64,000 bases of DNA from an uncultured Planctomycetota bacterium (GCA_963849325.1 CAWKHF010000004.1:352001-416000); one strand, 5' to 3'. Positions 22,911 through 36,563 are shown, counted from the stretch's first letter. The notes: generated from the letters alone by a model not told the origin. A program made the numbers and translations.

Positions 22911-25514
22911 CTAGACGCCATAGCGCCGAAACAGCACCTGGACCACCCCATTCTTCAAGGCGTTGTCGTCCACCAACAATGTATAGCCTCCCCATAGCTT
23001 ATTGGGGGGTAGGGGAGAATAAGGACTGGCTTGGGGGATCGGCCTGGCGCCGGCCTCGGTCACGTCCTTAGTGGGTAAAAGCGGAATTACCACCTCCCAG
23101 CTCGAGCCTCCCCGGCCCCAACCGTTGGCGGCGTTGTTGATAGTGGCAAGTTGGATGACGTTACCAGTCCCCCAGTTCACGGTGGTATTGCCGTTGAGGA
23201 GAACGATTTGGTCGCAAAAGTTGTTTTTCGCACCATTGACATGGACATCGAGTTCGCCGTTGAAGTTGATGGTGGCGGCATTTATGGAGATAACGCCGTG
23301 CGGTCTAGTATCTCCACTATAAAGGAAGGCTACCTTGCTACCGGACCCGATCGTTACCGTGCCACTCCCATCACCGGCTTGGAGAGTTGCAGCGCCGGCA
23401 CTATTGCTGCCGTGGGCATCAAGGAGAGTGGAATTCCCCTCCTGATCGTAGCCGGAGGCGGCGACCAGGGTGATGCCTTGTAGCGAAGTATAACCATTAT
23501 TTTCGCCGCTGGAATACCACGACACGTTGGGATTGGGTAACGTCGGGTCCGTGCCTGTCACTGTCAGAATGCCCCCGTCGCCTTTGGCGGTGAAGTCGCC
23601 GGCATTCCAGACCGGAACCTCAATACGGTCCGCTGCCCCACCAGAGCCGCAAAAGTAGACAGAGCCGCTGAAGTTGCCCACGGCGCTATAGCCGATCGAT
23701 AAGCTCTCCCCGCCCTTCCCGTCGCCGGTGATAAAGGTGGTGGCGAAGCCTTTATCATTCAGGTCCAACTCACCTCCCGAGGACACCAGGATGTAGCCGC
23801 CATTCACCAGGTTGATTGGGTTGCTGTTGGCGACGGAATTGTAGACCATGGCGCCGCCGTCCAGCTTGAGTTCATCGCTGATACTCATGTTGTAATTTCC
23901 GCCAACCGTCACGGCGCCGCCGGACAGGTGGACGATACCATCTCCCGTGAAAGCCCAGTTGTACCAAGTCTGGGAGCCTCCGGCCAGCACCAAGGAAGAA
24001 CTGGTGTCGGGCACGCTGATGTTGATGAGCGTTCTGCCGTTGCCGTCTTCCTGAATGTCGTTGTTGACCGTAAGGGTCGCATCCACGAGCGTCTGCGCGG
24101 CGTTGTAGCCGGCGGAGAGGTTCATGGCGGTCAGGCTGGCATCCTCCGTCCAGTTGATCGGGCTATTACTGGTCGTCGAGTAATTGCCCACCAGCAACAC
24201 CGTGACATTATTGGTCGTGTTCGGGGCTATCACCCCCTGCTTTGTCTGCGATACGTCATACCAGTTTCCTGCCAGAGAGCCATCCTGGCTTAGTACACCA
24301 TTGATAACTTGCGGGTTCCAGATCAAAGTATCCCCATCGGTCGGCGTAGGCGTCGGAGTCGGTGTGGGCGTAGGCGTTGGAGTCGGCGTGGGCGTAGGCG
24401 TTGGAGTTGGCGTCGGAGTTGGTGTCGGCGTAGGCGTTGGAGTGGGTGTGGGCGTCGGTGTTGGAGTGGGCGTCGGAGTTGGTGTGGGCGTCGGGGTTGG
24501 TGTAGGTGTGGGCGTCGGAGTAGGCGTGGGTGTCGGCGTCGGAGTTGGCGTCGGTGTGGGTGTAGGTGTCGGAGTTGGTGTAGGTGTGGGCGTCGGAGTA
24601 GGCGTGGGCGTAGGCGTTGGAGTTGGCGTGGGCGTAGGGGTTGGAGTGGGTGTGGGCGTCGGTGTCGGAGTACCGCCGCTGCTGCTCGTCGTGCCACCGC
24701 CGCCGCCACCGCCACTGCTACTCGTCGTGCCGCCACCACCACTGCCGCTGCTGCTCGTGATACCGCCGCCACCCCCGCTACTGCTCGTGATGCCGCCACC
24801 TCCACCGCTGCTACTCGTGATGCCACCGCCTCCACCGCTGCTACTCGCGATGCCGCCACCACCGCCGCTACTACTCGCGAGACCGCCACCGCCGCCGAGG
24901 GCCATCCCCGCAGCCATTACCGAAGCCGATGGCCGAATCTCCGAAAGGACCGATGGCGAAGCCGAACGAAAGATTCGGCCCGCGTTGCTGCCGAACTCGG
25001 CCTGCCAGACCGACACGGCCAGCGGCACTCCGGCCGGAGACAAGAGATGTGCGTCGTCGGGACCGCGGACGGAGCCAACGGCCGAAGGATGCTCCCCCTC
25101 TCGCCATTGGATCTGCACCGCCGTCTTCGAGGAGGAGGGCAACGCCGGCAGCGCCGACTGGGCCGCGTGCGTTTCCTCATGGAGGGCCTCATTCGCCGGC
25201 GAAGGCATCGACGGCTGCGCGTGCTGGGCCGCGAGGGCGGCCGGCGGCGCATCCACCAGCGTCGCCGAGGGCATCGCGCGCTCCTCCAATCCTTCCAGAA
25301 CCAGCCGCTGCGGCGGCTGGGGACGGCGACGTTTCGGGAGCTTCGGCGCGCTTGGGGCTTCACCGCCCAGCCACCATCGGCATACTTGTACCATTCTCCG
25401 CAGCCATCCAGACCACGAGATGCGCCCGAAGAATAAAATGGTTTGGTGGGGGCAAATGTAGCCATTTGCGTCTTTGCGGATGGTGCGAGTACGTGTCTTC
25501 AGCCAGGCGAACAT
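22911..25514 (-). CDS. Planctomycete surface/extracellular protein with Gly-Ser and Pro-Thr linkers and a beta-rich C-terminal domain
   Basis: RRRP..RLVLEGLEERAMPS motif; 7 GGGGGxxSSS units; about 55 PT dipeptides; G/N/T/S-rich passenger-like C-terminus; start uncertain. Confidence 0.8.
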   Translation of the reverse strand: MFAWLKTRTRTIRKDANGYICPHQTILFFGRISWSGWLRRMVQVCRWWLGGEAPSAPKLPKRRRPQPPQRLVLEGLEERAMPSATLVDAPPAALAAQHAQPSMPSPANEALHEETHAAQSALPALPSSSKTAVQIQWREGEHPSAVGSVRGPDDAHLLSPAGVPLAVSVWQAEFGSNAGRIFRSASPSVLSEIRPSASVMAAGMALGGGGGLASSSGGGGGIASSSGGGGGITSSSGGGGGITSSSGGGGGITSSSGSGGGGTTSSSGGGGGGGTTSSSGGTPTPTPTPTPTPTPTPTPTPTPTPTPTPTPTPTPTPTPTPTPTPTPTPTPTPTPTPTPTPTPTPTPTPTPTPTPTPTPTPTPTPTPTPTPTPTPTPTPTPTPTPTPTPTPTDGDTLIWNPQVINGVLSQDGSLAGNWYDVSQTKQGVIAPNTTNNVTVLLVGNYSTTSNSPINWTEDASLTAMNLSAGYNAAQTLVDATLTVNNDIQEDGNGRTLINISVPDTSSSLVLAGGSQTWYNWAFTGDGIVHLSGGAVTVGGNYNMSISDELKLDGGAMVYNSVANSNPINLVNGGYILVSSGGELDLNDKGFATTFITGDGKGGESLSIGYSAVGNFSGSVYFCGSGGAADRIEVPVWNAGDFTAKGDGGILTVTGTDPTLPNPNVSWYSSGENNGYTSLQGITLVAASGYDQEGNSTLLDAHGSNSAGAATLQAGDGSGTVTIGSGSKVAFLYSGDTRPHGVISINAATINFNGELDVHVNGAKNNFCDQIVLLNGNTTVNWGTGNVIQLATINNAANGWGRGGSSWEVVIPLLPTKDVTEAGARPIPQASPYSPLPPNKLWGGYTLLVDDNALKNGVVQVLFRRYGV
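24339..24897 (-). repeat. Coding low-complexity repeats (PT)~55 and (G5xxS3)x7
   Basis: 6-nt periodicity with mixed synonymous codons at 24339-24672; about 30-nt periodicity at 24673-24897. Confidence 0.95.
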
Positions 25515-25823
25515 GGGCCGGCTCCTTGGGGTGACTCCGGAAGCCGGGCAACGTCCCGACGACAGAACCTGCAATCGATCGCGTTAACGGATACGAGAAG
25601 GAGAACCCCTCTCCGGAATGCGTCCGTTTGTAGCAGGCCGAGCACCGAAAGGCAAGCGAATAGTTGGCGGGAAGAAAAATATTCTGACGTGTGAACGGGA
25701 ACCCGAACATCCCCGAGAGGACCGGCGCAACGAAGACTCACAGGCAGTCGAACCTGCCTTGTGGACAGGGAGCACGAATTGGCTTGCCTTTGCGAGGGGA
25801 AGTGCAATTCATAACAAGGAAGT

Positions 25824-26501
25824 ATGAGCATTACGACAATCGTTTTCGACTTCGGCAACGTCCTCGCTTTCTTCAGCCACCGCAAGGCCGCCGAGCAGCT
25901 GGCCGTCTACAGCCCGCTGTCGGCCGACGACATCCTGAATCATTACCTCGATCCTCGGCTGGAGGAGGACTTCGAGTCCGGCCGGGTGAGTCTCGCCGCC
26001 TTCCGCGACATCGTGCGCCAGCGCTGCCGGGTGACGTGCGGCGACGAGCAGTTCGACCGGGCGATCGCCGACATGTTCACGGCCAACGACGAGGTGTGTC
26101 GCCTCGTGCCGGCCCTGAAGCCGCGCTATCGCCTGGTGCTGTTGAGCAACACCAACGAGCTGCACGCCATCCACTTCCGCCGCCAGTTCGCCGACACACT
26201 GGCCCACTTCGAAGCCCTGGTCCTGTCGCACGAGGTCGGCCTGCGCAAGCCGTGTCCGGACATTTATGCCCACTGCTGCAAGCTCGGCCGCGGCTCGCCG
26301 TCGCAGTATCTGTTCATCGACGACCTGCCGGCGAACATCGAGGCGGCGCGGGCCTGCGGCTGGCATGGTATTGTTTATCAGCGTGGGCTTGACCTGCGCC
26401 ATGAACTGCACCAGCTGGGGGTCGAGCTTCCCCCTCACCCCCAGCCCCTCTCCCCCGAGTACAGGGGAGAGGGGAGCGATGGCCTGAACAGACGAGGTTG
26501 A
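25824..26501 (+). CDS. HAD family phosphatase (YihX-like)
   Basis: [34 protein letters not shown]. Confidence 0.92.
   Translation: MSITTIVFDFGNVLAFFSHRKAAEQLAVYSPLSADDILNHYLDPRLEEDFESGRVSLAAFRDIVRQRCRVTCGDEQFDRAIADMFTANDEVCRLVPALKPRYRLVLLSNTNELHAIHFRRQFADTLAHFEALVLSHEVGLRKPCPDIYAHCCKLGRGSPSQYLFIDDLPANIEAARACGWHGIVYQRGLDLRHELHQLGVELPPHPQPLSPEYRGEGSDGLNRRG
26430..26476. repeat. CCCCTCACCCC..CCCCTCTCCCC/GGGGAGAGGGG REP-like hairpin inside the HAD 3' end
   Basis: cccctcacccccagcccctctcccccgagtacaggggagaggggag; translated as [14 protein letters not shown]. Confidence 0.7.
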
Positions 26502-26502
26502 C

Positions 26503-27747
<1,245 letters not shown>

Positions 27748-27783
27748 TACGTCTCCGTTCGTTGCCGATGGCACCCTCCGGCT

Positions 27784-30700
27784 TCAAGCCTTCCGGTTGA
27801 ATTCCGTCGGTTCGACTCCCCACCACTGGAGGACGTAGAAGAACACCGGCGTCAAGAAGATGCCGAACAGCGTCACGCCCAACATGCCGGCGAACACGGC
27901 GACGCCCAGCGAACGGCGCATCTCGGCGCCGGCGCCCTCGGCGACCACCAACGGCACGACGCCGAGGATGAACGCGAACGACGTCATGATGATCGGCCGC
28001 AGACGTAGCTTGCACGCTTCCACGGTCGCCGACCACGCTGGCACGCCGGATTCGTGCTGCTGCTTGGCGAATTCGACAATCAAGATGGCGTTTTTACTGG
28101 CCAGGCCCACCAGCACCACGAAGCCGATCTGCGTGAAGATGGTCACCTCCAGGTGGGCGATCTGTACGCCGAGCAGGGAGCAGAACAGGCACATGGGCAC
28201 GACCAGGATGACGGCCAAGGGCAGCTTCCAGCTCTCGTACTGGGCGGCCAGCACCAGAAAGACGAACACCACCGCCAGGGCGAAGAAATACATCGCGGTG
28301 TCGCCGGCCTGCAGTTGCAGGTAAGCCAGCTCCGTCCACTCGGCGACCATCGAGCGCGGCAATTCCTCGTCGGCGATCCGCTGCATCTGGGCGACCGCCT
28401 GCCCCGAGCTGACGCCGGGGGCGGCGTCGCCGGTGATGGCGATAGACGAGTACATGTTGTAGCGCAAGACCATCACCGGCCCGCTGGTGTCGCGCACGTC
28501 CAGCAGGGTGCCCAGGCGGATCATCTGTCCCTGGTTGTTGCGCACCTGAAGCCGGCGGACATCGGCAACGTCGCTGCGGAAGCCCGGCGCGGCCTGGATG
28601 TTGACCTGCCAGGTCCGGCCGAACTCGTTGAAGTTGTTGACGTAGTACGAGCCGAAGTAGACCTGCAAGGTATTGAAGACGTCGCTGACCTGCACGCCCA
28701 GGGCCATGCACTTGGTGCGGTCAATGTCCAGGTACAACGAGGGCGTGTCCGTGCCGGAGCTGTTGAACAGTCCCTGGACCTCCGGCGTGTCGGCGCCGTG
28801 CGAAACGATCGCCGTGCCGATCCGGCGCAGCTGCTCCGAACCGAGGTTGCCGCGATCCTCGACGATCAGCTTGAAGCCGCCGGTGTTGCCCAGACCGTCG
28901 ATCGGCGGCGCGCCGAACACGGACACGTTGGCGCCGCGCACCGCTCGGCAGCGCTCTTTCAGCGAAGCGGCGATGGCGTCAGCGCTCTGTTCGCGGCCGT
29001 GCCGCTGATCGAACGGCTTGAGCATAATGTACAGCGAGCCGAGGTTGGGCGCGTTGGCGTTGAGGATGAGAGATTGACCGGAGACGCCGACGGTATGCTC
29101 GACGCCGGGCGTCTCGCGGACCAGGGTGTCAATGCGAGCCATCATTCGTTGCGTGCGACCCACGGCGGCGGAGTCCGGCAACTGCACGTTGAGGATCAAA
29201 TAGCCCTTGTCCTGCTGCGGGATGAAGCCGCTGGGCGCGCGGGCGAATTGCCACCAGGTCATCGCCAGCAAACCGCCGTAAACCACCAGCACGATCAGGC
29301 TCAGACGCAGCACTCGGCCGACCGTCCAGCCATACAGGGTGGTCACGCGGTCGAAGAGACGGTTGAAGCCGCGAAACAGCCAGCCCAGCACGGCATTGAT
29401 CGGCCGGATGAACAACCAGCCGAAGAGCAAACCGGCCAGGGCGCCCGGCGTGAAGTAGATCGTCGAGATGGTCCACGTCAGCCAGGGGGGCGCCTCCTCG
29501 ACGTTGGCGACACCGAGCTGGGCATACAGGTCGAAACGGTCGTGGAGCAGGTCCGGCCCCAGCCAGGCGGTGGCGATCCCGCCGGCCACGCCGAAGATCC
29601 ACCACGGCAAGGCTTCCCGATGATGCGTGTGTTCCTTCCCGCTCGGATCGGACTTGAAGATGAGCACCGCCCGCGACGGCGTCATGGTGATGGCATTGAT
29701 GGCCGAGATTACCGTCGAAACCGCGATGGTCACGGCGAACTGGCGGAAGAATTGGCCGCTGACGCCGCCGAGGAAGCAGCACGGCAGGAACACCGAGGTC
29801 AAGACCAGCGTGATGGCCAGGACCGGGCCGGTGATCTCCTCCATGGCCTTGATGGTGGCCTCGCGCGGCTCGAGTCCGGTGGCGATCAAGCGCTCGATGT
29901 TTTCCAGGACCACAATGGCGTCATCGACGACGATGCCGATGGCCAGCACCAGGCCGAACAACGTCAGGTTGTTGAGCGTGAAACCCATCGCCGCCATGAT
30001 GGCGAAGGTGCCGATCAGCGACACGGGCACGTCGATCATCGGCAGGATCATGGCCCGCCAATCCTGCAAAAACAACAGCACGACGATGGCGACGAGGATC
30101 ACCGCGTCGCGCAGGGTGGCGAAGACCTCATGCACCGATTGGCGGATGAACGGCGTGGTGTCGTAAACGATCTGGTAATCCAGCCCCACGGGAAAGCGCG
30201 TTTTCAGCTCCTTCATCTTCGCTTTGACGCCGGCGGCGGTCTCCAGGGCGTTGGAGCCGGGCAGCTGGTAAATGGACAGGGCCACCGACGGTTGGCCGTC
30301 CAGGGTGCAGGACTGATCGTATTGCTGCGAGCCGCGTTCGACGCGGGCCACGTCGCGCAGACGGACGATGCCGGTGGACGCCAGCGTCGAGCTTTCCGGG
30401 ACGGAGGAGCTGCTCTGCGTCCCCAGCGGGTCCGAACTTTCCGAGCTGCTGGTGTCGGAGGAGGACGACGAACTGCTGCCGGTGGACGACTGGGCCAGTG
30501 GTTTGCCCGGCGTGGCCCTGAGAATGATGTCGGCGAACTCTTCCGGTTTGGAGAGCCGGCCACGAGTGTTGATGGTCAGCTGAAACTGCTGGCCGCGCGG
30601 CACCGGCTCCTGACCGATTTGCCCGGCGGCGACCTGGATGTTCTGCTGGGCGATGGCCGTCACCACGTCCATGGCGCTGAGGTTCATTGCTGCCAGTTTT

Positions 30701-31277
30701 TCGGGGTTGAGCCAGGGCGCAGACTGTAATCGCGTTGGCCGAGGTAGCTGATGCTGGCCACGCCGGGCAGACGGCCCAGTTCGTCCTTGACGTTGATGGT
30801 GGCGTAGTTGCTCAGGCCGATGTCGTTGTAGCTTCCGTCCGGCGAGATGAGGTTGACGATCATCAGCGTGTTGGGCGACATCTTCTTGACGTTGATGCCT
30901 TCACTCTGCACCAGGGCGGGAATGACCGGCAGCGCCAGCGACACGCGGTTCTGCACCAACACCTGCGCCATGTCCGAATCGGTGCCGAGCTTGAAGGTCA
31001 CGGTCAGCGCATATTTGCCGTCGTTGGTACACTGCGACGACATGTACACCATGCCCTCGACGCCGCTGACCTGCTCCTCGACCGGCGCCGCCACGGTGTC
31101 GCGCACGGTCTGGGCGCTGGCCCCCGGATAAAAGGCGGTCACCTGCACCGTCGGCGGCGTCACCTCGGGGTACTGCGCCACCGGCAGCGTGAACACGGCC
31201 ACGCCCCCCGCCAACACGAACACGACCGAGATGACCGTGGCGAAAATCGGCCGATCGATGAAGAAACGTGAAATCAC
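27784..31277 (-). CDS. RND efflux transporter permease (HAE1), copy 2, frameshift near 30710
   Basis: FFIDRPIFA, AQYPEVTPP, GIVVDDAIVVLENIER, GLASKNAILIVEF, RLRPIIMTS. Confidence 0.93.
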
Positions 31278-31286
31278 GTTCGAGCC

Positions 31287-34200
31287 TCAAGTTTTCCGCC
31301 GCAGCTGCCTGCCCAGGAGTAGAGTCAGCACCCACGGAATACCCAGGGTCAGAATGCCGACGCCGAACAACAGCACCGTGCCGATCCGGCGCATGCGCGG
31401 CGAGGCGAACAACGGCGCTTCGCTCGACCGCTGGATCACGTAGAAGAACACCGGCGTCAGGAAGATACCGAACAACGTCACGCCCAACATGCCGCTGAAG
31501 ACGGCGACGCCCAGCGAGCGGCGCATCTCGGCGCCGGCGCCGACGGCGACGGCCAGCGGGACCACACCGAGGATGAAGGCGAACGACGTCATCAGGATCG
31601 GCCGCAAACGCAGCCGCGACGCCCGCAGCGTCGCCTCGAAGCACGACAAACCTTCCTCGTGCAGCTGTTGGGCGTACTCCACGACGAGGATGGCGTTCTT
31701 GCACGCCAGACCGACCAGCACCACCAGACCGATCTGTACGAAGATATTGACGTCGCGGTGCGTGAACAGCACGCCGGATACCGAGCACAGCAGGCACAGA
31801 GGCACCACCAGGATGACGGCCAACGGCAACGCCCAGCTCTCGTACAGCGCCGACAGGGCCAGAAACACGCACACCACCGACAGCAGGAAAACGTACATGG
31901 CGCTGTTGCCGGCGAGCTTCTGGAGAAACATCAGTTCGGTCCAGTCCGGTTTCATGGAGATCGGCAGCGTCTCCAGGGCCAGGCGATCGATTTCCTGGAT
32001 GGCTTCGCCGTCGCTGAAGCCGGTGCGCACGACGCCGCGGATGTTCGCGGCGCCGTAGAGATTGTAGCGCGTGACGGCGATGGGGCCGCCGGTCTCGCGC
32101 ACGTGGACCAACGTACCCAGCGGCACCATCTCGCCCGCTTTGTTGCGGACCTTGAAACGGTTGAGGCTGTCGGGCTGACGACGGTAAGGGCCGTCTGCCT
32201 GGATGGTGACCTGCCAGTGACGGCCGAAATTGCTGTAGCTGGTGACGTACAACGAACCCATGTACATGTCGAGCGTCTGGTTGACGTCGTTGAGCGATAC
32301 GCCCAGGGAAGCGGCCTTGGCCCGGTCGATGTCGAGGAAGAGCTGAGGCATGTTGGAGCGGATCTGCGTGCTGACGCCGGTCAGGCCGGGGTGCTGTTGC
32401 AGTTTGCGGACCAGGGCGTCGGTCTGGTGGTGCAGGGCGGCGACGCCGAGGTCGCCGCGATCCTCGATCATGAGCTTGAAGCCGCCGGCGGACCCCAGGC
32501 CCGGTATGGGCGAGCCTCCGTACACCGTCACCTGAGCGTCCGGGACTTTCCGCTTCCACTCCCGCCGAAGCCGAGCCATGATGGCCGTGTCGCGCAGCTC
32601 GGGACTTCGTCGCTCGTCGAACGGTTTGAGGATGACGAACATCGAGCCGAAGTTGGAGCTATTGGCTTGCAGCAGGAACGACATGCCGGCGAAAGCGACC
32701 GTGTTTTGAATGCCCGGCGTCTCGTGGGCAACCTTGGCGACCTCCGCCAGCACCTCCTTGGTGCGTTGCAGGGCGGTGGAATCGGGCAGCTGGACGTTGA
32801 CGATGAGGCGGCCCTGGTCCTGTTGCGGGAAGAAGCCGGCGGGCGCTCGTCGAAATTCCCAGTAGGTCAGGGCGACCAGTCCGCCGTAGACTGCCAGCAC
32901 GACGAGGCTGAGGCGCAACATACGGCCGACCGTCCAGCCGTACACCGCCGTCAGGCCGTCGAAGAGGCGATTGAAGCCGCGGAACAGCCAGCCCAGCACG
33001 GCATTGATCGGCCGGATCGTCACCCAGCCGAACACGCCGCCGACCAGGGCGCCAGGTGTGAAGTAAAGGGCCGTCACCGTCCACGTCAGCCAGCGCGGCA
33101 CTTCGGCGAGCGGGGTTGCGTCCGCGCCGCGAGCGCCGAGCAGGGCATACGGATCGAATCGGCCGTGCAGCAGGTCCGGCCCTAGCCAGGCGGTGGCGAT
33201 ACCGAAAGCCACGGCGAAGATCCACCACGGCAGCGCTTCGCGGCGATGTCCGTGGCCGCCCGCCTCCGCCTTGAAGATCAGCACCGCCCGCGACGGCGTC
33301 ATGGTGATGGCGTTGATGGCCGAGATCACCGTCGAGACCGAGATGGTCAGGGCGAACTGACGGAAGAACTGGCCGGTGATGCCGCTGATGAAGGCGCACG
33401 GCACGAACACGGCGCACAGCACTAGGCCGACCGCGACGATGGGGCCGGTCACCTCTTCCATGGCCTTGATCGTGGCGGTGCGCGGCTCGTAGCCGCGGGC
33501 GATCATGCGCTCGATGTTTTCCAGCACGACGATGGCGTCGTCCACGACGATGCCGATGGCCAACACCAGGCCGAACAACGAGATGTTGTTGAGGCTGAAA
33601 TTCATCAGGGCCATGATGGCGAAGGTGCCGATGATGGACACGGGCACGTCGATCATCGGCAGGACCATGGCCCGCCAATCCTGCAGGAAAACCAGCACCA
33701 CCAGGCCGACCAGGGCGACGGCCTCCAGAAGGGTGTGGAACACCTCCCGGATCGATTCCCGAATGTAGGGCGTGGTGTCGTAGCCGATGGCGTAGTCCAC
33801 GCCGTCGGGAAAGCGCGTCTTCAGCTCGTCCATTTTCTTGCGCACGGACTCGGCGACGTCGAGGGCGTTGGTGCCGGGGAGCTGGTAGAGGCCGAGTCCC
33901 ACGGTCGGCTTGCCGTTGAAGAGGCAAGACATGTTGTAATTTTGAGCGCCCAACTCGATGCGAGCGACGTCGCGGAGGCGGACGATGGCGGCGGAGGGTC
34001 GGCCGGGCCCACGGCCCATCGTCTCGCCGCTGACGGCGCCGTTGGCCGACGCCGTGTTGCTGTTGATGGACAGGCCGGACATGGCGGCGCTCGACGCCAC
34101 GCTGCCGGTCATGCTGCTGCCGGACATGGCGCCGCCGACGGTCGTGCCGCCGCCGCCGCTGCCGGCGCCGGTCGTCGCGTCGCTGGTCGTCGCCGCACCG

Positions 34201-35197
34201 CCGGTCGTGCCGCCGCCGGCCAAGGGTGCCGTGCTCGTCGCGGTGCCGCTGCTGATGGCGACGCTGGTTATCGCATTGGCACTGGTCGGAGGAGGGGTCG
34301 TCGTGGCGGTGGCGCCGCTCGTCCGGCGAAGGGTGCTTTGGGCCACCAAGGAGTTCGTGGCCGTCCCCGCGCTTCCACCACGGCGCGGAGACGCCATCTT
34401 GGGCGCCGACAACGCGGCCGAGCGCGGCTGGCCGACCTTGACGATGATGTCGCCGAACTGTTCGCGGGTGACGAGCCGGCCGAGGGTGAGGATCGGCAGC
34501 TGGAAGAACTGTCCGTCCGGAGCGGGCGATCGGCCGGTCTGCCCGGCGGCGCGTCCAGGCTCTGGCTGCGGATGGCCTGGGCCACGTCGGGTGCGGTCAG
34601 GTTGAGCGCCGCCATTTTATCGGCGTCCAGCCAGGCGCGGATGCTGTAATCGCGCTGGCCCAGGTAGCTGATGTCCGAGACGCCCGGCACGCGCAGCAAC
34701 TCGTCCTTGAGGTGGATGGTGGCGTAATTGCTCAGGTAGATGTCGTCGTAGCGATTGTCGGGCGAGAACAGGTTGACGATCATGAGCAGGTCGGGCGTGC
34801 GCTTGCGGATGGTGATGCCCTGGTTCTGCACCTCGATCGGCAGCTGCGGCATGGCCAGGGTGACGCGGTTTTGCACCATGACCAGGGCCGTTTTCAAGTC
34901 GGTGCCGATGTCGAAGGTGACGGTCAGCGTATAGGTGCCGTCGTTGCCACACTGCGACGACATGTACAACATGCCGGGTACGCCGTTGACCTGCTGCTCG
35001 ATCGGCGCCGCCAAGGTGTCCGCCACCACTTGCGCGTTGGCCCCCGGATAACTAATGGATACCGACACGCCCGGCGGCGTGATGCGCGGATACTGCGCCA
35101 CCGGCAGCGACAACAACGCCAGTCCGCCGATCAAGGTGATGACCAGCGACAGGACCGTGGCGAAAATCGGTCGGTCGATGAAAAAGTTGGAGATCAT
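31287..35197 (-). CDS. RND efflux transporter permease (HAE1), copy 1, frameshifts near 34420-34550
   Basis: MISNFFIDRPIFA, GIVVDDAIVVLEN, GLACKNAILVVEY, RLRPILMTS. Confidence 0.92.
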
Positions 35198-35360
35198 GGT
35201 GACAAGGTGACAAGGTGACAAGGTGACAAGGTGACAAGGTGACGAATCAATCTCTTGGTTCTGCCGAGATGTAGCCTGTTCCGTGTACCCATATCAATCC
35301 TCTCAGTCACCTTGTCACCTTGTCACCTTGTCACCTTGTCACCTTGTCACCTTGTCACCT
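35198..35360. repeat. Inverted 8-mer tandem arrays (GGTGACAA)n ... (GTCACCTT)n
   Basis: About 5 units at 35198-35243 and about 6 units at 35306-35360; abut the RND start codon and contain the inferred MFP stop. Confidence 0.95.
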
Positions 35361-36563
35361 GCCGGCGGCGGCGCCGTGTTTGGGACCGACGTCTGGGTGA
35401 GCAACGTCGGCATGGCGATCCGATCCGGCCGTACCTCCATACGCGCGGATTTGCGGAAGGCCGCCGACGACGACCCAGTCGTCCGCCTTCAACCCTTCCT
35501 TGATGACGCGCAGGCCGTCCGCCTGCAAAGCCCCCGTGCTGACGCGGCGATACTGCACCTTGTTTTCGGCGTCGAGGACGTAGACGTACTTCAACCCCTG
35601 GTCGGAGCCGATGGCCCGGTCGATGACCAGCAGGGCGGAGTAGGGTTGGCCCATGGGCAGACGAATCCGCACGAACATCCCCGGCGAGAACAACTGTTCG
35701 CCGCCCGACGGCTTGGGGTTGGCGAAGACGCCGCGCATCGGAAATGCTGCCGGTGGTGGGATTGACCTGGTTGTTGACGAAATTAATCGTGCCCTGATGC
35801 GGATAGCCTTCCTCTCCTTGCAGTCCCATAATCACCGGCATGGAGCCGTCGCGCAACCGCTTCAGCCTGCCCTCGTTGACGGCCTTGCGGATGCGGATCA
35901 GCGTCGGCTCGTCCAGGTCGAAGTAGACGTAGATGGGGTCCAGCGTCACGATACTGGTCAGCAGCGTCTGGTCCTGGTTGATCAGGTTGCCGGGGCTCAG
36001 GTAGGAGCGGCTGATTTGGCCGTCGATCGGGCGCGGTGATCTTGGTGAAGCCGAGGTTGAGCTTGTAGACTTCGGTGCTGGCCTCGGCGGCCTTGACGCG
36101 GGCGACGGCCTCGTCCACCGCCGCTCGGTCCTCGGCGAGCTGCTGCGTGCTGACGGCGCCCGGCGTCGCCTGGGCGATGGCCTTGTCGCGGTCGATAGGT
36201 CGTCCGTGCCAGCTTGAGAGACGCTTCGTAGAGCTTGACCTGGCTCAGGGCTTGATCGAGCTGGGCCTGGTACGGCCGCGGATCGATCTCGAACAGCAGG
36301 TCTCCCGCTTTGACGTCCGAGCCGTCCTTGAACGGCCTGCGAATCAGGTAGCCGGTGACGCGGGCGCGGACATCCACGGATTGTACCGAGTCGGTTCGGC
36401 CGGTGAAGTCCACGTAATCGGTGACTTCGCGCTGTACCGGATGGCTGACCGGCACCGCCTGCATCTCGGCCGGAGCGGCGCGGCGCGCCGACTCCCACTG
36501 GCATCCGCCCACGGCGGCCAGCAACAGGCAACCCATTGCTCCCCAACAACCTCCGCGCTGCAT
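35339..36563 (-). CDS. RND periplasmic adaptor (membrane fusion protein), several frameshifts
   Basis: Lipobox-like AVGGC; VDVRARVTGYL, GDLLFEIDPRPYQA, PIYVYFD, GTINFVNNQVNPTTG, PGMFVRIRL. Confidence 0.9.

Noticed and set aside
24184-25461. Plus-strand poly-(Gly-Val) ORF and Arg-rich ORFs
   Set aside because: Antisense and alternate-frame shadows of the PT and GS repeats in the minus-strand gene
25575-25823. ZMP/ZTP or glycine riboswitch ahead of the HAD-glyA pair
   Set aside because: No consensus motifs recognised by eye
28054-30729. Long antisense ORFs (also 13083-15152, 16313-18310, 26314-27774, 31659-33185)
   Set aside because: Expected stop-poor shadows of high-GC genes on the opposite strand; no motifs of their own
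35198-35360. CRISPR array in the short tandem repeats (also 15372, 36779, 44027)
   Set aside because: Units are 7-8 nt and head-to-tail with no unique spacers; no cas genes in the window
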